Shown here: positions 19,121-29,200 of the stretch, in pieces
How positions within the stretch are numbered: position 1 is the first letter of the stretch
How the letters are laid out: each line of letters opens with the position of its first letter
IMG/VR virus record: IMGVR_UViG_3300025138_000031
Direction: 5' to 3' (one strand)
DNA from: an uncultured virus (IMG/VR IMGVR_UViG_3300025138_000031)
Taxonomy: Duplodnaviria; Heunggongvirae; Uroviricota; Caudoviricetes
Length of the DNA stretch: 64,000 bases
Notes under the pieces: generated by a model
The model's database searches: none
Told to the model about the DNA's origin: nothing
Seen by the model: the letters and a program-made list of their open reading frames with translations, nothing else
Program-made: the position numbers and the translations under genes

Positions 19121-20098
19121 ATGGGAGTATCACAAAAATATAGAACGTTCAATCAATTAATGGAAGATGTATCTATTGACTTTTCTACATATGCTTTAGA
19201 AGGTCTTATAGAACCTGCACAACTTATTAAAGTAGCAACCAGAGTTAATTATGATTTAGGTCTTAAAATACATAGAACAAAAGAAGTAGTATTAGATGTA
19301 GAGCACGGTAAAACTCAAATGCCAATGGATTTTCAATATTTGAATTATGCATTTAGATGTGGCTCTTATTCTATAAATAATACTATGCCATCAGGAACAC
19401 ATGTTGAAACATTTAATGATGTACCTTATGTACCTGCCCCAGGAGAAATGTCCCCATGCAGTAAGGATGATACATGTAAAGATGTTTGTGTAATAAAAAC
19501 ATGTGATGATAAAAATAGCTATCAACTTGTACAAAGAGTGGGTCCAAGTAACTTTAGAACATTTACAGATTGGACTGAGTTAAGAATACAAGGGGTAAAT
19601 GATGATGTTTGTTTTTGTCCTCAACTAGGTGCTCAAGCACTAGATATTGCAGAACTTAAAGATGGTTTCTTATTAACAACATTTAAAACAGGAAAAGTAT
19701 ATTTAAGTTATCAAGGAGCTATGGAAAATGCTGCAGGTGAATTATTGGTATTAGATCAACCTTATTGTAATGAATATTATGAGTATGCTATAAAACAAAG
19801 AATACTAGAGAATATGGTATGGAATGGAGAAAATGTTTCAAATCAGTTACAGCTTGTAGAAACAAGATTACGTGCTGCTAGAAATAATGCATTAGGTTTT
19901 GTTAATACACCAAACTTTGCAGAAATGAAAAAGATGTGGGAAGTAAATAGAAGAGCACAATATCATAATTATTATAATATGTTTTTAAGTTATGCACCAA
20001 TCAACCCAAGAGTAGTATCAGGACCAAGAACACCATCTGCTAGTGCAGCAGCTAGTGCAGCAGCTTGTGCAACTACAAGTAGTAGTACAGTTAAATAA
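19121..20098 (+). CDS. Tail tubular/ring protein (P22 gp4-like role)
   Basis: F.TGKVYLSY.G..D..Y.EY motifs; immediately upstream of the muzzle gene. Confidence 0.6.
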   Translation: MGVSQKYRTFNQLMEDVSIDFSTYALEGLIEPAQLIKVATRVNYDLGLKIHRTKEVVLDVEHGKTQMPMDFQYLNYAFRCGSYSINNTMPSGTHVETFNDVPYVPAPGEMSPCSKDDTCKDVCVIKTCDDKNSYQLVQRVGPSNFRTFTDWTELRIQGVNDDVCFCPQLGAQALDIAELKDGFLLTTFKTGKVYLSYQGAMENAAGELLVLDQPYCNEYYEYAIKQRILENMVWNGENVSNQLQLVETRLRAARNNALGFVNTPNFAEMKKMWEVNRRAQYHNYYNMFLSYAPINPRVVSGPRTPSASAAASAAACATTSSSTVK

Positions 20099-20112
20099 AG
20101 AGTTAAAATATT

Positions 20113-23100
20113 ATGGCAAAAAAACGTACAACTAATTCTGGTAGTAAGGCAAATATTCCAGCAAAGGGTAGTTCTTCAGTACAGACTAACTCCTTTGTAA
20201 AAGGAATGAATAAAGATATTACACCTTCCTTAGAAAACAATCAGGCTTGGTGGCATGCACGTAATCTTGTAAATAATTCAACAGATGGGGATTTAGGTGT
20301 AGTAGGTAATGAGCCTTCTAATTTAGCTTGTGGTGTAATACCTTATACAGTAATTGGTGCTATACATAGATATGGTGATGAGTGGATAGTTTATTCTACA
20401 GATAATATAAGTTCTGAGATAGGAAGATTTGATGATAGTGAGTGTAAATATACAACTATAATTAATGATCCTTGTCTTAATTTTTCAAAGAAGTTTTTAA
20501 TAACAGGAGCAGCAAAAGAAAATTTTGATTGTTCATGGCAAGTATATTGGGATGATGGTAATAATCCATCACGTTCATTAAATATAGATAATGTACCCTA
20601 TTTACAATTTGTTAGTTCAGCTCCAGGAGATCCATGTATAGTTTATTCTGATGTAGAACCTAAACAATTAGATTGTGAAAAAATAAGATTAGCACCATTG
20701 GTAGATACACCTTGTATTAAATTAACAAAAGCTACAGATGGGGGTATGTTAGTTAATGGTACTTATCAGGTATTTATTGCATATACAGAAAACTCACAAC
20801 GTGTTACTGATTACATTGGTGTATCTAATATGCAGACTATGTGGAGTCATGAAGGTAGTAATGGATCACTTGATATAGAAGTTACCAATTTAGATCAAAA
20901 ATATTTTTACTATCAGTTAGTTGTATTAAGAAGAAATCAAGGGCAAACATCTGCAAAAATTATTGGGTTATATAGCACAGAACAAAATTCTATTAATATT
21001 GATTATATAGATGCAGGTTTAAAGTCAGAAGATTTAGCAATAATTCCTATGATGAGCCCAGCTTATGAAAAGTCAGAATCAATGTTTGTTGTGAATGATT
21101 GGTTAATTAGACAGGGACCAACAGAACAATTTGATTTTAACTATCAACCATTAGCAAACAACATCAAAGTAAAATGGGTGGTAAATCAATTAGATTCAAA
21201 TTACTATACTAAAGCTGGTAATAAGCTTGGGTTTATGAGAGATGAGCAATATGCATTTTTTATAAGATGGATATACAATACAGGAGAAAGATCATCCTCA
21301 TATCATATACCAGGTAGAGCTGCAGGTACATATGCAGCTACTGGAGAAAGTGAAACAAAAGTATTATACGGTGATAATGTACTTAATGATAATGATGGGG
21401 ATATGTTATTCCAAGTATATAATACAGGTAGTGGTGGATTAGTTCCACCAGAATTACAACCTGATGGAAGTACAATAATTGCCAGAGGGGAGATGGGATA
21501 TTGGCAATCAACTGAAAAATATCCAAGTAATAGACCTGATATATGGGATTCAAGTTATCATACTTGGTCAGATGAAGGTGATCCTGGAGCAGATTTATGT
21601 GGTGAATATATTAGACATCACAAAATGCCTGATGAAACTATAAATAGTAATTTACATATAAGTACAGATAATGCAGATAGCATTAATGTATTAGGTGTTG
21701 AGTTTAGTAATGTATCAAAACCAAAAAATAATGATGGCTCATTTATACAAAATGTAGTAGGATATGAGATACTAAGAGGATCAAGACAAGGTGCAAGATC
21801 TATACTAGCTAAAGGTATGTTTAAGAACATGCGTAAGTATGATATACCTGATGCAGAAAATATATTAAATACATCTGTTACACAAGGTTTATATCCTAAC
21901 TATCCATATAACTGTTTGCAAAATGATATTTTCTTTCATGATGGGGATGATGCAGGTGCTGATAAAAGAACTGATGGATGTGATAATTGGAACGGAAGTA
22001 TTGCTGATTACAAACCATTGGTGGGACATACTAATGATGTATTTACTTTTCATTCTCCAGACCTTATGTTTACTAAGCCATTTTTAAATGCTTATGAAAC
22101 AAAAATATATGGTGATATAGATGGTAGATCTACAGGTACTTTTTTACCTTCTGAAAAACACCCACAATTTAAATTATTAAGACCTAAAGCTGCATCATTA
22201 GCAGGTATTATAGGTATTGGATATGCACTAAATGCAGTACAAGGAACTACATCAAAAACTGCTAAAGCTGTACAAGGTTCTAATGCAGATGGTAATGGAC
22301 CTTTCTTTGGAGCATCTAACTCTATTGGTACTCAGATTCCTAATGCTGCAGGTATTGGTGGATTATCATTAGGTAATGCTATATGGGATATATTCTTAGA
22401 TGGGTTATTAGATACTGCTGCAGATGTAGCAGATTTATATGGTGGTGGTATTGCATCATCATCTGTATTAAATGTCAACGGGTCAGTTAACTTTTTAAAG
22501 TCAGCATTACCTGGTGTAACCGGTGGTGGTATTGATGAGAAAGTAGAATGGGGAAAACCAGAAGGATCAATGCCAAATGTTTTAAGATTGATAACCGGTC
22601 TTTCTTTGGCACAAAAAAATATTACATTAGGTGGTAATGAAATTATTGAGTTAATGTATAATCTTGTTACACCAACAGATTTTGTACTTAAATATAACTC
22701 AAATGGATTTTATAATTCATTCACACCTACTGCAACAAACATAATATTTAGAACAAGAAATTATGATTCTAATTATATTGGGTCATCATTCCAAACTTTT
22801 GATGGTATAAAATATAAAATTAATAATTTATTTAGACCATCAACTGTAGCTGTATCTACTGTAAAAGCACTTGCTAACCCGGCAGTAACTGATAATTCAA
22901 GATTTGCAGTGGGAGGTGATGCTTCTGGAAGTTTTGGAAATACTAACATAAAAAATTATGAGGGCCCTTATAGAAAAAATATATCTGCTAAATATGGTGC
23001 ATTAAAATTCCAAATGGATAATCAATATGGTCAATTAGATGGTATTAAGCAAGTACAAATGAGAGGTTGTGTAGAATTGCTAGATCCATCTAAACCTGAT

Positions 23101-26100
23101 GCATATAAATATTCTACTCAAGCAAGTTTTTCTGGTGATGTATTTATAAATAGATATACAGAAAAATGTATTATGCCAATATTTACAAATTTCTTAAATG
23201 GTCAACCAGATGAGTTTGCTTTTGATTATAGTTTGTATACTAATATACCTTATCCAAGATTTTGGTTAGATTCAACTAGATATGATATAGGTGGTATGGC
23301 AGCAGAAATAGCTACGTTAGGTTTTAGTCCAGGTAGTTGGGCAGATTCATTACCCACAGATAACTATTATTTAGATAGAGGTACAGGTACATGTCAGCCA
23401 ACAAGTATATTTGGAAGTTTATTTGGAGGTAGTAATAAAATCAATCCGGCATATAATATGAAGTATGCTTATATGTATACTCACATAAATGGTATAAATG
23501 AATTTTTTGTAGAATCAGAATTAAATTTGGCATATAGAGATTATGAAGATATGCCAAGTAAAAGATTTTATGATGTATATCAATACAATGATCTAAAAAC
23601 ATTATTTCATGCAGATAGTATTAAAGCAGATAACTTTTATAAATATGATGATTCATTAAGTCCAATAAAGTTTCCTACACAATTAAGTACTTTTGGATTA
23701 ATGCAAGACAGAGATTATGATCCTGAAGTTGCTGCAGAATGTTTTGTAAGTTATCCTAAAAGACTTATATATTCATTACAGGCACAACAAGAATCTAAAA
23801 AAGATTTCTGGAGGGTTTTCTTAAATAATAATTATAAGGACTTTAAAAATGCTGTGAGTGTTATTAAACCAATTAACAAGAGTGGTGCTTTAATATTTTT
23901 TCCATATTTATCACCACAAATGTTTCAAGGTCTTGACACACTTAAAACACAACTAGATACTAAATTGACTATTGGTGATGGAGGTTTATTTAGCCAACCT
24001 TTTCAAAATGTAGCTAATGCAGATATATCTAATGAATATGGATCATGTGAAAGTTTAAGAGGTGTTATTAATACAGCAGCTGGTTTATTTTTTATATCTC
24101 AACAACAAGGTAAAATATTTCAATATGGTGGTAAAGGTTTAGATCCTATATCTAATCAAGGTATGAAGTGGTGGTTTGCTAAATATTTACCTTCAAAATT
24201 TATTCAACAATTTCCTTCTTCTGAAAATACAGCATGGACAGACAACCCAGTAAGTGGTGTTGGATGTCAAGTAATGTATGACTCTGTAGATGATACAGTT
24301 TACTTTATGAAAAAGGATTATCAATTAAAGCCAGAATATATAGCAGGAGCAGAATTTTCTGATAATGATGCAAAACCTGTAACTATAACATCTGGAGTTT
24401 GGGGATCAATTAATGTTGATATTGGTGATCCAATATATTTTGATGATTGCTCTTGGACTATAAGTTATGATCCAAAAGTAAAAGCATGGATTTCTTTTCA
24501 TGACTGGCATCCTGAATTAGCATTACCAAGCATTAATCATTTCTTTACTACAAAGACTATAACAGGTACTATACCACAATGTCCACCAGGATATAACTTT
24601 AATTCTAGTAATGGGTTGTGTGAAATAGGTGTAAATGAAACTATTGATGCAACAGTAACTATAGATGAAATAGCTTCTACATTATCAGGTGGTCCAGTAT
24701 CATGTCAAGTAGATGTAGTAATTGCTATGGATGTATCAGGTAGTACTAATGGTGCAGGTAGAAGGGCAGCTCAATTAGCTTGGTTAAATTCATTATTAAA
24801 TAATGCTGGTATTGTAGGTTTTATGGCTAATAATCAAATGCAAATTGGATTTTTGTCATGGGATGAAAATCCAGGTGGTGTTAGATATTATGATATTCCT
24901 GATGGTAGTGGTGGTACATATTCTATGAGTAATACAGTAACTCCAGCACAAGTAAGTACTTGGTACAATGCTAACTGGATGGGTGGTGGTACTGATGTGT
25001 TATTAGGAATGAATGCTGGTCAAACTAGAATAAATCAAAAAGCTGCTTCTCAATTAGGTGATAGATCAGCTGATCCTAACTTTAGACAAATAATTATTTT
25101 AGTAACTGATACAGGCAGTAATCCTGGAAATATAGGCTGTCCATTCCAAGCAACTGGAGTTAATGGTAATACTTCTGGTCCTGCAAATCAATTTGTATAT
25201 GGAATGTATTGTGGTGCTAATAGTGCTAATCCTCCTAGTCAAGGTGTATTAAATAATGTTACTTGTACACCTGGTCCAGTTTCAACTCAATCACCTCCAA
25301 ATAATGATCCTTATCAATTTGGTATTGATGCAAGTGCTAACCCATCTACTTGGGATGCTGTAGCTGATTCAATAGCAGGTTCAGTATGTGGTACTGCGTG
25401 GGTGTGTGATTGTCCAGCAGGATACACCAAAGTATTTCAAGATCCAGCAACTAGTACATATAGTTCACCAACTGGTACATGTGATGATGTAACTCCTCCT
25501 ATATGTAGAAAGGTAACATGTGAATGTCCTCCTGCTACTATACCAGGAACAGTAGTTACTGAACTAGGAACTTGTCCTGATACAGCACCAGGTATTTATA
25601 ATCCTTTACCTAATGATAAACAATGTAATTATTTCTTTTATAGTGGTGTGCAAGCTAATTATGATGTTGGAGCATTTTGGAGACATAATGTAAGATGTGA
25701 TAGTTTTGTTAATTTCTATACACAAGATTATCCTTGGGAAATAGATTTAATATCAAATACTGGTCAAGCAGTTAACACAGTTAGAAGTTTTGAATATCAA
25801 TTAGAAACATTTGTATATAAAGGAGATCCTCAATATAATATGTGTGGAGGAGATAAATGGGAAGATTTAGATTATAATTTTGATGCATCTATTGTATATA
25901 ACAATGATCAGGTATCAGGACTATTAGTTTTAAACCCACAACCATTTAATAATCCTTGGGGTAACTTAACATATCCTATAGTTAATACAAATAATATAGA
26001 TGTATTAGTTTCTAAAGAAGAACATAAATTTAGATTTAATCAATTTTGGGATATAACAAATGACAGAGGTGAGTTTACAAATGCTGAGCAAGCAATATTT

Positions 26101-26286
26101 AACACTGATTGTAATGGATATATAAGAACATTAAATTCTATAAATCTTAATTATAATAAATCACAAACACAACGTAAAAAGTTTAGACATTATTCTAACC
26201 AAGTTATTTTAAGACGTAATGTATCAGGAAATAGAAAAATGTTACTAAGACTTTACAATACTAAGTTACAATTATCAATGAGATAA
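20113..26286 (+). CDS. Muzzle / tail stabilisation protein (P22 gp10-like role) with inserted VWA domain
   Basis: FVKGMNKD..ARN N-terminus, GFMRDEQYAF, GDVFI, FFVESELN, WISFHDW motifs of crAss-like muzzle proteins; DVSGS MIDAS at 24730. Confidence 0.8.
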   Translation: MAKKRTTNSGSKANIPAKGSSSVQTNSFVKGMNKDITPSLENNQAWWHARNLVNNSTDGDLGVVGNEPSNLACGVIPYTVIGAIHRYGDEWIVYSTDNISSEIGRFDDSECKYTTIINDPCLNFSKKFLITGAAKENFDCSWQVYWDDGNNPSRSLNIDNVPYLQFVSSAPGDPCIVYSDVEPKQLDCEKIRLAPLVDTPCIKLTKATDGGMLVNGTYQVFIAYTENSQRVTDYIGVSNMQTMWSHEGSNGSLDIEVTNLDQKYFYYQLVVLRRNQGQTSAKIIGLYSTEQNSINIDYIDAGLKSEDLAIIPMMSPAYEKSESMFVVNDWLIRQGPTEQFDFNYQPLANNIKVKWVVNQLDSNYYTKAGNKLGFMRDEQYAFFIRWIYNTGERSSSYHIPGRAAGTYAATGESETKVLYGDNVLNDNDGDMLFQVYNTGSGGLVPPELQPDGSTIIARGEMGYWQSTEKYPSNRPDIWDSSYHTWSDEGDPGADLCGEYIRHHKMPDETINSNLHISTDNADSINVLGVEFSNVSKPKNNDGSFIQNVVGYEILRGSRQGARSILAKGMFKNMRKYDIPDAENILNTSVTQGLYPNYPYNCLQNDIFFHDGDDAGADKRTDGCDNWNGSIADYKPLVGHTNDVFTFHSPDLMFTKPFLNAYETKIYGDIDGRSTGTFLPSEKHPQFKLLRPKAASLAGIIGIGYALNAVQGTTSKTAKAVQGSNADGNGPFFGASNSIGTQIPNAAGIGGLSLGNAIWDIFLDGLLDTAADVADLYGGGIASSSVLNVNGSVNFLKSALPGVTGGGIDEKVEWGKPEGSMPNVLRLITGLSLAQKNITLGGNEIIELMYNLVTPTDFVLKYNSNGFYNSFTPTATNIIFRTRNYDSNYIGSSFQTFDGIKYKINNLFRPSTVAVSTVKALANPAVTDNSRFAVGGDASGSFGNTNIKNYEGPYRKNISAKYGALKFQMDNQYGQLDGIKQVQMRGCVELLDPSKPDAYKYSTQASFSGDVFINRYTEKCIMPIFTNFLNGQPDEFAFDYSLYTNIPYPRFWLDSTRYDIGGMAAEIATLGFSPGSWADSLPTDNYYLDRGTGTCQPTSIFGSLFGGSNKINPAYNMKYAYMYTHINGINEFFVESELNLAYRDYEDMPSKRFYDVYQYNDLKTLFHADSIKADNFYKYDDSLSPIKFPTQLSTFGLMQDRDYDPEVAAECFVSYPKRLIYSLQAQQESKKDFWRVFLNNNYKDFKNAVSVIKPINKSGALIFFPYLSPQMFQGLDTLKTQLDTKLTIGDGGLFSQPFQNVANADISNEYGSCESLRGVINTAAGLFFISQQQGKIFQYGGKGLDPISNQGMKWWFAKYLPSKFIQQFPSSENTAWTDNPVSGVGCQVMYDSVDDTVYFMKKDYQLKPEYIAGAEFSDNDAKPVTITSGVWGSINVDIGDPIYFDDCSWTISYDPKVKAWISFHDWHPELALPSINHFFTTKTITGTIPQCPPGYNFNSSNGLCEIGVNETIDATVTIDEIASTLSGGPVSCQVDVVIAMDVSGSTNGAGRRAAQLAWLNSLLNNAGIVGFMANNQMQIGFLSWDENPGGVRYYDIPDGSGGTYSMSNTVTPAQVSTWYNANWMGGGTDVLLGMNAGQTRINQKAASQLGDRSADPNFRQIIILVTDTGSNPGNIGCPFQATGVNGNTSGPANQFVYGMYCGANSANPPSQGVLNNVTCTPGPVSTQSPPNNDPYQFGIDASANPSTWDAVADSIAGSVCGTAWVCDCPAGYTKVFQDPATSTYSSPTGTCDDVTPPICRKVTCECPPATIPGTVVTELGTCPDTAPGIYNPLPNDKQCNYFFYSGVQANYDVGAFWRHNVRCDSFVNFYTQDYPWEIDLISNTGQAVNTVRSFEYQLETFVYKGDPQYNMCGGDKWEDLDYNFDASIVYNNDQVSGLLVLNPQPFNNPWGNLTYPIVNTNNIDVLVSKEEHKFRFNQFWDITNDRGEFTNAEQAIFNTDCNGYIRTLNSINLNYNKSQTQRKKFRHYSNQVILRRNVSGNRKMLLRLYNTKLQLSMR

Positions 26287-26287
26287 A

Positions 26288-29200
26288 ATGGGAAATAAAA
26301 AAAGCATAGGACTACCTGGGGGGCCAAATGAATTCTTACAAGATATTACACAATATATATCTGTAGATGGATACAGAAATGATAGTGCAGATAAAACCAA
26401 TCCGGTTAATCTGATTCCGTCAGGGGATATAAGCATGAAGAATGTTGACTTCCCTATATTGGGTACAGATAACTTGGGTAATTCACAAATGATGTTCCCT
26501 GAGAATGAATACCAATTTCCAGGTGATATGGTGATGGAAATACCACAAGCTCAATTTGGGCTTAGTTGGGATGAACTAACTAGCCCTCTGAGAAAAAACT
26601 TGGCAGACAATTTATGGCCTGTAGGGTATCATGGTTCTGGAAGAAATAGTAGGAGAGAGACAGAAAGATATGGTCCAGTAAGAAAATTTACTAAAGCACT
26701 TTTTGGTAATCCAGATGATAGTATCAATAGAAGCAACAATGACATTGAAAAAAATCAAGATTGGATTAGAGAAAGAAAAGATCTTTTACAAATGGCAATG
26801 GGTTTTGACCAAAAAAATAATAGTGTACCACTATCTAAATACAGACCAACTAAATCAAAAGATAAAGATATACAATATTACTCCTCTCCTTATACTGAAA
26901 AAATTATTATGGAGCAGTTAGCTTTTGCAAAAGAATTAGCTCTTAAATATCCAGATGAAAATGTTCCTGTGACTGGAGACCTTGACATAGGTAATAATAA
27001 TATGGGTGATGTTTTAGGACAATATACAATAGATGAGGGAGAAGATGATAGAGGTAAATATATTTCTTATTATGATAAATGGGATTTCCAACCTTTTGAT
27101 GATAAAAGTCCATTAGGTATTATTGCTGAATATGGACAAGATGCATTAGGAATAAAAACTCCTGAGATATATGGGAGAATATATTATGATGATATAAAAA
27201 AGTATGGAGGAGGTAATTTACCAGAAAAACAATTAGGTGGACTTGTTAAACTTATTAAACAAGGTATAAAACAAGCTCCTAAGTATATGGATGATATAAC
27301 AAAAAACGCATATAAATATAACCCATGGGCATATAACAATATTGATTCAAAACTTCCTGAAATATTACAATTTAATAGAGAGAATGACAGTTGGCTTAGA
27401 CAGGTGGGTAGACCAGCAATTGATGATGTTAAAGAAACAGGTGTTGTAAGAGAAATAAATGAAGTTATTAATCCAAAATTATTTGATGAAAAAGTTAAAG
27501 CACTTCAAAATCAACAAACAGGAATAAATTTTTCTTTAGACAAAAGGTATCCAGGTCCGTTCTTTAAGAAAGGTGAAACTTTTTTTGATATGAACAAACT
27601 ATCTAAAAATAGAAAGCTTGATGGACTAAGAAATACAAGAGGTAGATCAGGTAGTGCAGAATATTTAATTGAGACAGGACCTTCAATAGGTGATGATCTT
27701 TTTCAACCAGCATATCAGCAAAGTATGTTTAGAGACTTTGCAGAAAAAGGTATTGGTGATATAGCTATTATGAAACCTTTTAGCAGAGAAGCAAGTAATT
27801 TTAATTTTTATAAAAAAGATTGGTGGGATGGTTATAAAAGAACCCCATTAGATGAATTACAAAGCGGTGGAGGAGTCCTTGGAGCAATGTATAAACTTGC
27901 AACAGATGATAATTATAAATGGACAGATGCTTTATATGATAGTTCACCGTTACCTGGAATATCAAATGCTCTTGATGTAGTGAGTATACCAGGAGCATTA
28001 GTTGGTGAAGCCGGTGAATATTTTACTGGGCGTGGAGATGGTGAATTTAATTTTAGTGATGCTATGCCAGCTTTGAAAGGTGACTTCAGTTTTGAAAATG
28101 TAAACGGTACACAGATTAAAGATTTGGCAGGACTTAAAGATAAAGATGGTAATCCATTAGTTGATAATGCTGTTGGTGGATTTTTGCTTAACATGGCAAC
28201 TGATCCAAGTAGTTATGTTGGAGCAGGAATAGTAAAATCCATTCTTAAAAAAGGTGTAACAAAAAGTGCACCCATAATTAAAAATGTAATAACTAATTCA
28301 GCAAAGTCTACAGATGATATAATTAAAACAACTGCAGATGATATGGTAGAAGTATTTACTTCAGATGGTTCTAAAAAACTTATGAAGAAAACAGATGCTA
28401 TAAGATTAAATAGAATTGAAGATGCAAATGTAAATAATAAAACATTTACAAACTATGAAGATGGTAATTGGTTTAGTGATGAAGTCCGTCCATTTTATTT
28501 AAACAATGCAAAGAATAGTTTAAAGGGTGGTATATTAAATCCTAATGATCCTAAAAGAGTTATGTCAGCATATTTAGATCCAAAAGATGCAAAACTTTTT
28601 AATGTTAGTTCAGAAGGTACATCAGTTGCTAGAAATATGAGCGGGGGTGTGGGTAATCCAGCTTTACAAAGTGAATACGTTTTACCACCAGCTTTAGTTA
28701 AAATTATGAGAGAAGGTACTAGTGGTCCAGGATTTAATACTATGATAGGTAACTCTGAAACAATTATGAAAAACTTAGATGCTTTTTATAAAAAACTTGG
28801 TGGTGGGGTTTATCAAGAAGGTGGAAGCTGGAGAGATATAGATGTAAATATAGAAGGTGTAAAAAAAGCTATTGCACAAGCTGAAAGTTTGGGTGGTAAG
28901 CTAATGAAAAATAAAGAATCTTCTGCATCAGGATTATATGGTCAAAGATTTTCTGAACTAGATAAATATAATCTTTATGATGGTACAAGAGATGAATTTA
29001 TAGCAGACAAAGATGCACAAGAAAGAATATTTAATATGCGTTTAAATGAAGGGTTAGTAAGCAAAAAGGGAGATACTATAACTACTCCTTTACTTAAAGA
29101 TGCTTATGATTTAACAATTGAATACAAAGATCAATTAGGTGATGATTGGGATTATTCATATGAGGATATTATTAACTTGTCTAACTTTATAGGTAGAGGT

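Noticed and set aside
20039..20074. 12-bp tandem repeat GCTAGTGCAGCA
   Set aside because: Short in-frame low-complexity tail; no evidence of function
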